Shown: positions 37,401-47,700 of the stretch, one piece after another
Position numbering within the stretch: position 1 is the first letter of the stretch
Layout: every line of letters starts with the position of its first letter
Position numbers and translations under genes: made by a program
Notes under the pieces: generated by a model
Databases searched by the model: none
What the model was told of the DNA's origin: nothing
What the model saw: the letters and a program-made list of their open reading frames with translations, nothing else
Source of the DNA: a virus
Strand: one strand, 5' to 3'
Virus record (IMG/VR): IMGVR_UViG_3300030331_005816
Location: 1 to 64,000 of that record
Length of the DNA stretch: 64,000 nucleotides

Positions 37401-40400
37401 GAACAATGTAAAGTTCAATCTGATCGTGCAAGAGATAAATTATTAGAAGATGCAAACGACATACAAAGAGTCATTAATGAAGGATTTGGTTCGGCACTTG
37501 AAAATGAGATGCCGCCTATTTTCTCAGATCCGGGCTGCGAAAATGGACTACTACCATTCGAGCCTGAAGAATCAATAAAAACTGCGACGGGTGCTTTAAA
37601 AGGTGATATGGAAAGTCTACAGATTGCTTTTACCGACGATATGCTTGGTAATGGTGGATTGTTTGCCGGCGACGATGATTGGGGTATGATTAATATGATA
37701 TTATCAGATACATTTGCCAATCCTTATACAGCACACCAAAGAAAAACTGCTAATAGTAGAAGGTTTGTAGATTTTTATCTTCCAAGTGATGATGAAGATG
37801 ATGGTAATATTGCTAGCGAGAAAAGACAAAAAGGTGCATATCCACAATATGTTGCTGAATGGTTAAAATATCAATTTGAAGCTTCTAATCGTGTGGTAGA
37901 CCTCCACAGTTCTTTTGCATTAGGATTTAAAGGCACAAACGATGTACAAGAGTTGGAAGTAAATAGAATATCATTTTCTGATTTGGGATTTGAAGGTTTG
38001 TTTGACACTGATGTCAACTTAGTAGAACTACAGGACTATGGATATAATGTAAATTATAATGTCAATTATGAAAAAGAATTAGTTGCAATACGACGAGCCC
38101 CCCGTAAAAAAACTGCCGACATCACTATGAAGTTTAGAGATAATGCCAAGGGCTACAGGAAAGAACCTAACGGTCAGCCCTCATATGGTTTTAATCTCAA
38201 AGCATATTACTCGGATATACAAGAAGTAGATCGAGAAGACAGACAAGGCTTTTTCAATATACCAAATGACAACATCAGAGTTATAATTGATGAAGCTGTA
38301 CTTGATGATGCTCAAACTAACACATCAGATGTTGTTAGACTTGATCCAAACAGTTCAGTTCCCGCTGCTGTTCCAAATCAACCAACCTTTGAAGAAGATG
38401 CCTTTGTTTATCCAAAACATGAATTTTTTGCTATCGATACAACATTTGAAAATTTAGAAATTGATAGAGTTTTGTTCCCATTACTGTTCGATTCATTTAG
38501 AGATTCAGTTAAAGATTATTCTCCTCAAGTTTATGCTTTGGCAGATTTGACGGGTTTGCCACCTCGACGATGCAAAGTGTTGTATGATACTAACAATACA
38601 AAACTTTTTAAAGAAATAGCAAAAGAAATTGGTAAAAATGAAGAAGCATGGCAATACGGTGCAGAATTCGACGGACTATTGGAAGAAGATTTTGATTACG
38701 GAGTTGTTGTTGACGGTAGATTCGTTGATTACAAAGATCACCAAGTTCAAGAATATGATGACGACGGAAACCGTGCCGGCACCAGATCAGTTCAAAATAG
38801 TGATTCGCTTCTTGGAGTGTCCAGAGATGCATGGAAAAATCAAGACAATCCAGATAAAATCAGAGTCCATTACCTAAATCCTACTCAATTTGGTAATTCA
38901 TACATGTCTCCTTCTCTTTATGTCAAGCCCTTAAAAAACAAGGGTTGGCTTGGAGCCGTTAATCTTATCTTTCCTGAATACTCTCCATGTAAACCAAGAG
39001 AAAATAATTTAATTTCATTTGATACGATTAAGCAAAAAATCGATCAAGTGTATCCAAGAATACCAGAAGATAATCGATTAAAAACAGATCCAGATTGTAC
39101 AACTGAGATGCCATTTAATAGGATATTGTCCAGACCGTCTAGAGCAGGCTTAGAGGCATTGGTAACTGCCACTATTAGAATTTTTACAAGTGTAAGTTAT
39201 ATCAAAAGCATGCCGACTTTCTTAACATTTGCACCAAAATTTAATCAAAACTATAGCAATATATATGCCTCTTATATTATTGAGCTTATTGAAGAGTCAT
39301 GTAAAGAAGCTGGTGGTAACTTTTTAAGTCCTTTTAAGGATGATGAATTTTGGTATGCCTTTTTAGAACAAGCAGTGCAAGTTTACAGTAGAAGATTGGA
39401 TGATGATTTAGATGATAGCATTACCCCAGAGACCGTCCCAGAACATGTAAGGGAGGCAATAGAAAAAATTAATGATATGCAAGAGAACTATAATTATCCA
39501 TCACGGGATGATTTTAAGGATGCTCCTTCTGAGGAAAAGGCAAACTTCCAATCACTTAAAAGCTTTAGGGAAGAAAAAAACCTTGAAGCTGTTCAAAGAA
39601 TGGAAGAGCCTGCTAAATTTATTTTGACAGAGTTAGTGAGAGAACAACTTGAATTTGTTGGCAGTCTTTTTTCAACCAATATTAAACAAGCTGGATTTAC
39701 ACCAAAAGTAATTAATAATGATTATTATCTTCTTGAAAAATTTGCTGCCGGCGGCAGTGACCTTGATTTAGCAAAAGCTGTAAGCTTTGTTGACAGAGTT
39801 GATAATTCAGAATTAGAAAGCATTATAGAGTCAGAGGGCAGTGGCTATACAACAGGCGGCCTGTTTACACTACCAGACGGCACACCATATGCTGGCGACT
39901 ATCATGTTCATATTGATTCTAATGGTAATCCTATTTTCATGGTAGGAGAATATCATGTTGCCTCAGCTCATGATGTTTTGACTCCATATGCTAATAATGT
40001 TAAGGTGGGTTATAAAGACATCAACGGTAATGTGCAAAATATTGGAGATATTTCAAACTATAATGATGAAATTGCTGCCGCCGGTAAAATGTTCTATATA
40101 AAGAAATTTGTAGCCATTAATGGTGAACGTCAAAATGTAGAAGTGGCAGAGAATACGATTAGATCAAGAGGTACTGCTAATATTTCTGCTTACTATCCCG
40201 GCACTATGAGAGTAGTCCGAGAACCAACTAGTAGCAAAGTAGTAGGTATTGATGGTGACTTAGGTGTCCAACATGGACTTGAGTTTGGAATTATTAATAG
40301 TGGAAACCCAGTAAAGATCACCGATGTGCTAATAAATGCCTTGGACTTACCGGTAAATGAATTTGAAGGACCAAAAGCAAACAGTAAACTTTTGTTGTGT

Positions 40401-40955
40401 TTAGTAGATAATCTTAGAGATGATATTAGATTTAGAATGACAGTTGATTATATTTTCTCAATGAAGAAGGCACTTTCATTAAATGCCATTTACAATGATA
40501 TTGGTTTAATGCCGTCAATTGGAGAGTTCACCGTTGATAACAATGACTACAAGTCTAAAAATCTATCTGTTAAACCCGGAGTTAGGGCCGATATCGGCGA
40601 AGATCAGAACGGTAATAGAAAGGTTGTAATCGAATCCACACCCGGTTGGGCTCATGAATCAGATAGAAACGGATTTTTTGCAAGCCCATTTTACAAAAAA
40701 TGGGATGAGTGGGATCAAATATTACTTAGAAAATCAACTAAAAGAATAAAAAAATTATTTAAACCATATTACACAAAAAGAAAGTTTGAAGTGGAAGATG
40801 ATACCGATGCCGGGCCGGGCGAACAGTTCTTGAGTATAACGAAATCTAGATTCACTCCCGTGCCCGGTGGTAATAAAATTTCTTGGTTCAAAAGAAGAAA
40901 GCTTAAACCAAACCCGTTTGATAGTAATGGACAACTCTGCAAAAAACCCAATTAA
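34476..40955 (+). CDS. Very large virion protein of unknown function (2159 aa)
   Basis: Uninterrupted ORF in baseplate module; Cys-rich helical N-half. Confidence 0.75.
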   Translation: MAEEKPHSSSTLVPEASDPPSSGTSPFLPYQDPNGDGLPDVCDVEVAPAQQICKDCIPNPSAIVRDWRRTDQDSPFLNAKICKYQICFNTPETTTGFVNGMSEEEADRALNDLYEKYAEPALIALLEGFQKDTGAGIVSQVLPALEYTSYDLDTRPSSRLKLLYSVNFSQIFSLPEEDIRNEDDQTDSEEDITVTYEASDMVTTNIRVRKGLNLYGRFYKVGRAVEGKKIRVKETNKLFDFEKYGDNALFTGKSPVGACLRDLDAWLNSRDYNITGIGGIFSGLGDDKVIKLDFIFSAKYKLKKLKVYTEACGTNEPDATYSSNKLKALNAKDSWKDPTAVAYFAKMKSIEQDLSARVPIPFEEFVIKHTYPEVLIDTSRTGGATSEQTIASCVGDALVNDAKELGQDIFDDVFSLADAIAYKFHKNLCQSDPTKVDEEAILKGLNIGGPAGPISDVYNMAKNQALKEVESQDSAFAELCFRMISIGTSGVACGLSPLQQLDQMYAEGLDRAGICGLMDLFLEALQCLFKGLTLEEALASIVRAALNAMGVRQIGELFIGLPPDKQAELERVVNQKLESGDIFSEGSAGQSTSDILAGKQNAPDPVILKKFKNKKPWNDKDYVEKEESNKRADNYGNMVASKAPGRPADDSRERRTIGQKLESPLGNDYQTNNVILNAYIEALMEVYQDNYLELIDFLNKFPGAKLITNVIAFMDCPTPPLFNPGFDDFFKSLQLPFCRNIAAPTFPRWENPFLYIPQLTDVLKAIFAALKKLVLCIIMKVIVTILSKVCEIIGDAICKAIELAGKVTAGLLTGNTDLAGILREAICGPDATDEQINATAIDLMANFGVGGAAFSDPERTFSFFGDVINNSNRQEGLQLMIDGPSDEQIRIADTLLEEEYQEFREALPNRSSIRSMFEGISNVVPERNKDEIRAALEMSADELLLPANPTICATPEDIENFEKVRCDLLAGRMSPEQCKVQSDRARDKLLEDANDIQRVINEGFGSALENEMPPIFSDPGCENGLLPFEPEESIKTATGALKGDMESLQIAFTDDMLGNGGLFAGDDDWGMINMILSDTFANPYTAHQRKTANSRRFVDFYLPSDDEDDGNIASEKRQKGAYPQYVAEWLKYQFEASNRVVDLHSSFALGFKGTNDVQELEVNRISFSDLGFEGLFDTDVNLVELQDYGYNVNYNVNYEKELVAIRRAPRKKTADITMKFRDNAKGYRKEPNGQPSYGFNLKAYYSDIQEVDREDRQGFFNIPNDNIRVIIDEAVLDDAQTNTSDVVRLDPNSSVPAAVPNQPTFEEDAFVYPKHEFFAIDTTFENLEIDRVLFPLLFDSFRDSVKDYSPQVYALADLTGLPPRRCKVLYDTNNTKLFKEIAKEIGKNEEAWQYGAEFDGLLEEDFDYGVVVDGRFVDYKDHQVQEYDDDGNRAGTRSVQNSDSLLGVSRDAWKNQDNPDKIRVHYLNPTQFGNSYMSPSLYVKPLKNKGWLGAVNLIFPEYSPCKPRENNLISFDTIKQKIDQVYPRIPEDNRLKTDPDCTTEMPFNRILSRPSRAGLEALVTATIRIFTSVSYIKSMPTFLTFAPKFNQNYSNIYASYIIELIEESCKEAGGNFLSPFKDDEFWYAFLEQAVQVYSRRLDDDLDDSITPETVPEHVREAIEKINDMQENYNYPSRDDFKDAPSEEKANFQSLKSFREEKNLEAVQRMEEPAKFILTELVREQLEFVGSLFSTNIKQAGFTPKVINNDYYLLEKFAAGGSDLDLAKAVSFVDRVDNSELESIIESEGSGYTTGGLFTLPDGTPYAGDYHVHIDSNGNPIFMVGEYHVASAHDVLTPYANNVKVGYKDINGNVQNIGDISNYNDEIAAAGKMFYIKKFVAINGERQNVEVAENTIRSRGTANISAYYPGTMRVVREPTSSKVVGIDGDLGVQHGLEFGIINSGNPVKITDVLINALDLPVNEFEGPKANSKLLLCLVDNLRDDIRFRMTVDYIFSMKKALSLNAIYNDIGLMPSIGEFTVDNNDYKSKNLSVKPGVRADIGEDQNGNRKVVIESTPGWAHESDRNGFFASPFYKKWDEWDQILLRKSTKRIKKLFKPYYTKRKFEVEDDTDAGPGEQFLSITKSRFTPVPGGNKISWFKRRKLKPNPFDSNGQLCKKPN

Positions 40956-40982
40956 GTATATTTAGTACAGTAGGATAACAAT

Positions 40983-41351
40983 ATGTCTTCGTTAGCAATA
41001 AAATTACCTTTGATAAGAGATGATATAGATGGCTTTGAAACAGTAAAATCATTTCGTAGTTTAGTAAAACAAAATTTTAAAATGTTGCTCTTAACTGATC
41101 AAGGTGAAAGAGTAATGGAACCCAATTATGGTGTTGGGTTAAAAAAATATTTATTTGAAAACTTTGATCAATCTACTTTTTCAAGAATTGAAACAGACAT
41201 ACTTGAACAAGTATCAATATACATGCCGATAGTGGCAATACAAGAAATATCTTTTCAACCATCAGATAGGTTCAGCAATAGGCTGAACATTAAAATAGCT
41301 TATGCTATCCCTGAGATTGCTGCGAAAGATTTGCTGCAATTTACTATTTAA
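40983..41351 (+). CDS. Baseplate wedge gp25-like protein
   Basis: QNFKMLLLTDQGERVMEPNYGVGLKKYLFE. Confidence 0.92.
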   Translation: MSSLAIKLPLIRDDIDGFETVKSFRSLVKQNFKMLLLTDQGERVMEPNYGVGLKKYLFENFDQSTFSRIETDILEQVSIYMPIVAIQEISFQPSDRFSNRLNIKIAYAIPEIAAKDLLQFTI

Positions 41352-41365
41352 ATTGAGGATTTAGA

Positions 41366-43162
41366 ATGCCAAAGAAACAAAAAGACCTTTTACCAATTGA
41401 TTATACTCATAGAGAATTTTCAACCATTCAGCAAGACTTAATTGAAATAGCTGAAAGGTTTTATCCTGATACATTTCAAGACTTTAGTGAAGGCTCTTTT
41501 GGTGCACTTATGATTGATGCCGTATCATATGTCGGCGATCAACTTTCATTTTACATGGATTATAATGTTAATGAATCTTTCATGGACACCGCTTTTCAGT
41601 ATTCTAATATTGTCCGACACGGTCGCACACTCGGATATAAATTTGAAGGTCGTCCATCAACATATGGCACGGTTGCTTTGTACATTCTAGTCCCTGCTTC
41701 CTCAATTGGAATCGGCCCTGACAGAGATTATTTGCCACTATTAAAAAGAGGTAGTACATTTGGAACAACAACTGGATTAAGTTTTATTCTAACTGAAAAT
41801 GTAGATTTTTCCAATTCAAGAAATTTATTCGTTGTGGCTAGAAATGATGAAACCACCGGTGCCCCAACTTTCTATGCGGTTAAAGCATACGGGAATGTAG
41901 TCTCCGGTCAGTTTGGTCAAGAAAGAGTGACTATTGGAGCTTTTGAAAAATTTAAAAGAATTACACTTGAAGCGGATAATGTGTCGGAGATAATTTCTGT
42001 TTTTGATACTGAAGGTAATCAATATTATGAAGTAGATTACTTGGCTCAAGACACAATATTTAAGGAAATACAAAATCCAAACTTTAAAAATGATAATGTT
42101 CCATCTATTATTAAACCGTTCTTGGTTTCAAGAAAATTCATAACTCAGTTCAATAGAAACGAAATTACACTACAATTTGGTAGCGGAAAATTTAACCAAT
42201 CAAATATTGTGGAAAACCCACAGAATGTTGCTGTAGATGTTTATGGTAAAAACTATGTTACTCAAACAACATTTGATCCAAGTAGATTATCTGAAAATGA
42301 AAGCTTCGGCATTGTTCCAGCGAACACAGAATTAATAATCACATACCGTGCGAATAATCCAACAAATTCTAATATAGCCGCTGGTAATTTAAATACTGTT
42401 TCCGAATCTAGCTTGTTTTTTAATGATGAACAGTCACTTTCAGCAACAAAATTAAATCAAGTTATTTCCTCTATTGAGGTAGAAAATGAAGAGCCAATCG
42501 TTGGTGATATCTCTTTGCCAACATCCGACGAAATAAAACAAAGAATTTATGACACTTTTCCAACTCAAAATCGAGCTGTAACTCAAGCTGACTATGAAAA
42601 CATCTGCTACAGAATGCCTGTAAAGTTTGGTTCAATTAAACGAGTTTCAGTGCAGAAAGATGTTGATTCTCAAAAAAGAAATCTAAATTTATATGTTATA
42701 TCTGAGGATGTAAACGGCAAACTTGTAATAAGCAATTCAGTTATAAAAAACAACTTAAAAACTTGGATTAATCAATATAGAATGATTAATGACACTGTTG
42801 ATATTTTAGATCCATTTATATTAAATTTTGGAATTGATTTTGCTGTTCGTGCACAAGAAGCCGCTGAAAAATTTACTGTATTAGAAAGTTGCATGGCCGC
42901 CCTTAAAACTAATTTTGAAAAGACATACTTCATTGGTGAATCTTTACACATAAGTGATATATTCAATGTTTTAAAAGAAGTATCTGGTGTTCTGGATGTC
43001 TTAAAAGTGAAAATTAATATGAAAGCCGGCGGAGAGTACTCAACTTCATCAATAGATATAAACTCCAACTTATCTGCTGATGGTTCACAATTAATAGTAC
43101 CAAATAATGCAATTCTTGAATTAAAATTTCCAGAAGTTGATATTGTAGGAAAGATTAGATAA
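41366..43162 (+). CDS. Baseplate wedge gp6-like protein
   Basis: DYTHREF, DFSEGSFG, SYVGDQLSFY, NESFMDTA, QNRAVTQADY. Confidence 0.92.
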   Translation: MPKKQKDLLPIDYTHREFSTIQQDLIEIAERFYPDTFQDFSEGSFGALMIDAVSYVGDQLSFYMDYNVNESFMDTAFQYSNIVRHGRTLGYKFEGRPSTYGTVALYILVPASSIGIGPDRDYLPLLKRGSTFGTTTGLSFILTENVDFSNSRNLFVVARNDETTGAPTFYAVKAYGNVVSGQFGQERVTIGAFEKFKRITLEADNVSEIISVFDTEGNQYYEVDYLAQDTIFKEIQNPNFKNDNVPSIIKPFLVSRKFITQFNRNEITLQFGSGKFNQSNIVENPQNVAVDVYGKNYVTQTTFDPSRLSENESFGIVPANTELIITYRANNPTNSNIAAGNLNTVSESSLFFNDEQSLSATKLNQVISSIEVENEEPIVGDISLPTSDEIKQRIYDTFPTQNRAVTQADYENICYRMPVKFGSIKRVSVQKDVDSQKRNLNLYVISEDVNGKLVISNSVIKNNLKTWINQYRMINDTVDILDPFILNFGIDFAVRAQEAAEKFTVLESCMAALKTNFEKTYFIGESLHISDIFNVLKEVSGVLDVLKVKINMKAGGEYSTSSIDINSNLSADGSQLIVPNNAILELKFPEVDIVGKIR

Positions 43163-44793
43163 TGCCAATTAAAAAATATACAGCAGATGCTGATAACACT
43201 ATAGTAAATGCATTTCAACAAGACTTGCAAACAAGGGCCACCGGTGCGAATGCAGGTGCTGCTGATATTGTTGAGGTCTACTCTGTTTTTGGCCGTCAAT
43301 CCAGTGGTTCCCAAGAGCTATCCAGAGTGTTAATGCAATTTCCTGTTACATCTATCAGTACAGACCGCTCAAATGGTGTTATTCCTGCCTCTGGTTCGGT
43401 TAGTTTTTATTTGAGAGTTTACAATGCAGAAACTAGTAGAACTGTTCCGAGAAATATGAAAATGATGGTGCATGCTATATCACAGTCATGGCAAGAGGGT
43501 GTTGGGCTTGATTTAGAGGGTTACAAAGACTTAACTAACGGCAACGAAGGCTCTAACTGGATGTCGGCATCAAATTCAACTTTTTGGAAAGATGCTCACG
43601 GAATTGTATTGGCCGGCGGATCCTACCACACACAATCGGTACCAAATGCAGATGTGAACACAGAAGTTCATATATTTGATCAAACATTATCAACAGGTTT
43701 GGAAGATATTGAAATTGATATTACACCGCTTGTAGAACAATGGATAGATGGCACTTATGCAAATTACGGTGTCGGCCTATCTCTTACAGCCAGTCAAGAA
43801 TCATTTATTTCAGGAGCACTCAATGGTGTAGCTAGCAGGGTTGATAGATTGCCTGACCCCGCTGACTCTTCTCAAGCTGTTATTTATAACCCAAGCGGAT
43901 CGACTGTTTCGTTTTACACTAAAAGAATGTTTGCTAGAGGTACAGAATTTTTCTTTAAAAAGCCTGCCATTGAAGCAAGATGGAATAACATAAAAAGAGA
44001 CGATAGAGCTAACTTCTTTTATAGTAGTTCTTTAGCATCTGGGCCAGATAATCTTAATACACTGTTTCTTTATAACTATGTGCGCGGCCGGCTTGCTAAT
44101 ATCCCCGAGATTGGTGCAACCGGTTCAATTATGGTTAGTCTTTATTCTGGTTCTGCTGACAACTCTGGACCATCTGGCTCCAAACTAATTCTGTTTGACG
44201 GCAAGACTAGTATTACAGGCGGTCATGTGGCAACTGGTATTTATAGTTGTTCGTTGGCTATCACAGCCGCTGCAACTCCCATACAAACTCTTTACGATGT
44301 CTGGCATAGTGGCTCAATGAAGTCAGAGCATTCGCCCACTAGTGAGTTTTCAACAGGTTCAATTAGGCCTCAATCGTTGGAAGCTGCTGAAACTGTGGAT
44401 AAAGAAAGACACTTTATTAATATTACCAACTTAGAGAACGAATATTCTAAAAATGAGACTGCTAGGTTTAACTTGTACATCAGAAATAAAAATTGGTCAC
44501 CAACTATTTATGTAAAGGCAAAGGAGAACCCGCCACATTCACCAATCATAAGTGCTTCATATCGAGTATTTAGAACTCTCGATGCTCTAGAAGTTATACC
44601 GCATAATACAGGTAGTGATTTTGCTACTGGTTTATCATATGATGTATCTGGAAACTACTTTAATCTCGATATGAAATTACTACAACCCGGATTTGAATAT
44701 GGTTTTAAGTTTGCTTTTTATGATCAAGAATTCGATTCTTGGCAAGAACAAGATAAAATATTCAAATTTAGAGTGTTAAACGATGAGTACTAA
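43162..44793 (+). CDS. Tail/baseplate protein with DNRLRE-like beta-sandwich
   Basis: SRVLMQF, SWQEG, DITPLVEQW, NYG, KPAIE; S/T-G-S rich. Confidence 0.65.
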   Translation: MPIKKYTADADNTIVNAFQQDLQTRATGANAGAADIVEVYSVFGRQSSGSQELSRVLMQFPVTSISTDRSNGVIPASGSVSFYLRVYNAETSRTVPRNMKMMVHAISQSWQEGVGLDLEGYKDLTNGNEGSNWMSASNSTFWKDAHGIVLAGGSYHTQSVPNADVNTEVHIFDQTLSTGLEDIEIDITPLVEQWIDGTYANYGVGLSLTASQESFISGALNGVASRVDRLPDPADSSQAVIYNPSGSTVSFYTKRMFARGTEFFFKKPAIEARWNNIKRDDRANFFYSSSLASGPDNLNTLFLYNYVRGRLANIPEIGATGSIMVSLYSGSADNSGPSGSKLILFDGKTSITGGHVATGIYSCSLAITAAATPIQTLYDVWHSGSMKSEHSPTSEFSTGSIRPQSLEAAETVDKERHFINITNLENEYSKNETARFNLYIRNKNWSPTIYVKAKENPPHSPIISASYRVFRTLDALEVIPHNTGSDFATGLSYDVSGNYFNLDMKLLQPGFEYGFKFAFYDQEFDSWQEQDKIFKFRVLNDEY

Positions 44794-47700
44794 GGATTTA
44801 TTCACTAGAAATTACTTAACTGATAAAAATGAAAAAGATGCATTTTCTGAAGTTGAATCTGCTGACAATATTAAAGAAGTAAGAAAAAAACAAACAACCT
44901 TTGTACCTAATGTTGATTACACTGACCCATTATCGTTTGCTAGATATGGTTCCGCTCGCCTTTATTATAAAAGTGCTATTGATAGAATAGTTGATTTCTA
45001 TCCTTATGATGGTTCACAGGCTGAATTAAATGAGTTCCATAACAAATCTCTTGACATAGAAAAGCATATATTTGATAATCGCTACCCAAGAACAACAGGG
45101 TATGCCAACTTTTCTCCTAATGGCTGGGGTACAGCTACCTCACGACCCGGAGGATATGGCTCCTCAAATGTAAATGAGTACATTACATTTAAAGCTGGCC
45201 CAAACTCAACCAGCCAAACTGCTGCTTTGAAAAGCTTAGTTCCAGACTCAGAAACAAGCACATATCAATACAGCAATATTTACGACGAATCCCTGTACAC
45301 CAATAAGGGCCTACCTTCAGATTATGGTCAAGGAACTCGTACCTCAAACTTAAAATCAAATTTTGATACAGGTGTAACAATTGAGTTCTGGGCTAAGACA
45401 GGCTCACTTGACACATCACTTACTGAAAAGCAAGTAATAGTTGATATATGGAATAATGAACTTAGTTCAAGTGCTCATTATGGCAGAATTACTGTTGAAC
45501 TTGATGGAACTGCCGGCGGTGCAACTCCATGGCTAGTCACTGTTGAATCTGGCTCAACAAGTGTCTTTCAACAATCAGTTGGTACAGATTTATCAATTGA
45601 CACTCTGAGTGATTGGAAACACTATAGTTTTGTTTTACAAAACAGTGGTTCTGATTTTCATATTAAGCTATATGTAGATGGCCAGCACAATGATACCGAA
45701 GTTGTATCTTCTAGGGCTGTGTCAGAAATTAATCCCGAAAATCTTATGGGACGAATTGGTGCTCTTCAAACTGCCCCCAAGGGATTGGAAGATGTATCAA
45801 AAATTTCCAACTATAGCGGTGCAGGGAAACTTAGTGGCTCAATCGACGAATTTAGATTTTGGAAAGTTGCGAGAAATGCCAAGCAAGTAGGGCAAAATTG
45901 GTTTACACAAATTAGGGGTGGTGTTAATACAGATATATCCAACACTACTCTTGGAATGTACTATAAGTTTAACGAAGGTATTACAAATTCCTCATCGTTA
46001 GATAGTGTTGTGTTGGACTACGGCGGCCGTGTATGCAATGGTACATGGACTGGGTATGTCGCAACATCCAGAAACACTGGCTCAGCCATAGTGTCTGCTT
46101 CGGCAGCCGGCAGTGAGTATCTTGACCCGATTATTTACTCAGTACATCCAGATGTAGTTTCTCTTAAAAGTGAGTTAGAAGACTTAGGAACTTTCCACGA
46201 TTCGCAAAATAATAGCATGTTCTTAAAGAGTGTGCCGGCATGGATTCTCGAAGAAGCTGAAGATCTTGGAAACAGCGATCTTGAAAAATTAACACATATA
46301 ATGGGTGCTTATTTTGATAAACTTTACTTGCAAATTCAAGCTATACCAAAGTTAAGACATCAAAATTATATTAGTGGCTCTGAACAACAAATTCCATTCT
46401 CCCAAAACTTACCTCAATCTTTAGGACTTCAGACACCAGAAATATTTGTTGACTCAACTGTTCTCGAAAAGTTTGCCAACAGGACCGACACACAGTTGTT
46501 TCAAGAGGATTTACAACAAACTAAAAGTTTAATTTATCAAAACATTTACAATAACTTAGCAGACATTTATAAAGCTAAGGGAACAGAAAAAGCAATCAGA
46601 AATGTTCTTAGATGCTTTAATATTGATGACAACTTAATATACTTGAGAGCTTATTCAAACAATCAATTATTTGAATTAAAAAACAATCTCAAACAAACAC
46701 AGAAAAAAACCAGACTTCTTAATTTAAATAAGCAAACATCTACGACCGCAGTTGTATACCAAGCCGCCGATCCAAGTGTGACCGATGCAAGAGGCTTTAT
46801 ATCAGGATCTGAAGGACTGGCCTATGAGGATAACTACGGCTTCACTGCTGAGGTTGGTGTAAAATTTCCCAAGTTTTTCCGCTCTCTAGACAAAATTGAT
46901 AGAGAGTTTATAAACACTGTTTCCATTTTTGGTATGCACTCAGCAAGTGTTGATAATCCATCTGAGACAACTATATTCTCATCTGACACCGCCAACTTTC
47001 AAGTTCAGGCTGTGAGAGATAAAGTATATTCTAAGAATGTATTCTTTAGACTTTCATCATCTGTGACTCCTTTCCCGGCACCATTACTCACTAGTAGTTT
47101 ATATTATAATGTTTATGACGATGAAAACTGGAACCTCTCTGTTGGCTTAAGACCCTCTAAATACCCGTTTGTTAACATATCGTCAGGTTCAGAAGACTTT
47201 ACCTATGATTTTGTATTCCGAGGCTACAACAATAAATTAGGCACTGTTAACAATAGCTTTGAGCTTACCGCATCTGTTAGTAAGGAAGTTGGACAGAACT
47301 TCTTAAGAGCAGCGAAAAGATTGTATGTTGGGGCTACGAATGAAAACATAACCGGTTCAACTAATACTGTACAATCAGATGTTCAATATACGGATGCTAG
47401 ATATTGGACCAAGTATATTGATTCTTACACTCTCAAACAACATTCGGTTGATAGAGAAAACTTTGGCTTATCTGGCTCTTACAGGAGTATTGACCCAGTA
47501 ACAACACCGATAGATAACCAAAACAGTTACAATTTTAACTCATTGGCACTTGATTGGTTCTTTGAGACTGTGACTGGATCTGATGCAGCAGGACAATTTT
47601 ATGTTACTGATTTAAGTTCAGGTTCGGCACTTATAAGAAACAACTTTGGCTGGGCTGGTCAAATTGGTGGTCATCCACATACTGGCCGCGGGAAAGGATT

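Noticed and set aside
44503-44510. Intragenic ACTATTTA (also CTATTTA at 31517, 49495, 62045)
   Set aside because: No start codon at the characteristic spacing; expected by chance in AT-rich DNA, though internal promoters cannot be excluded
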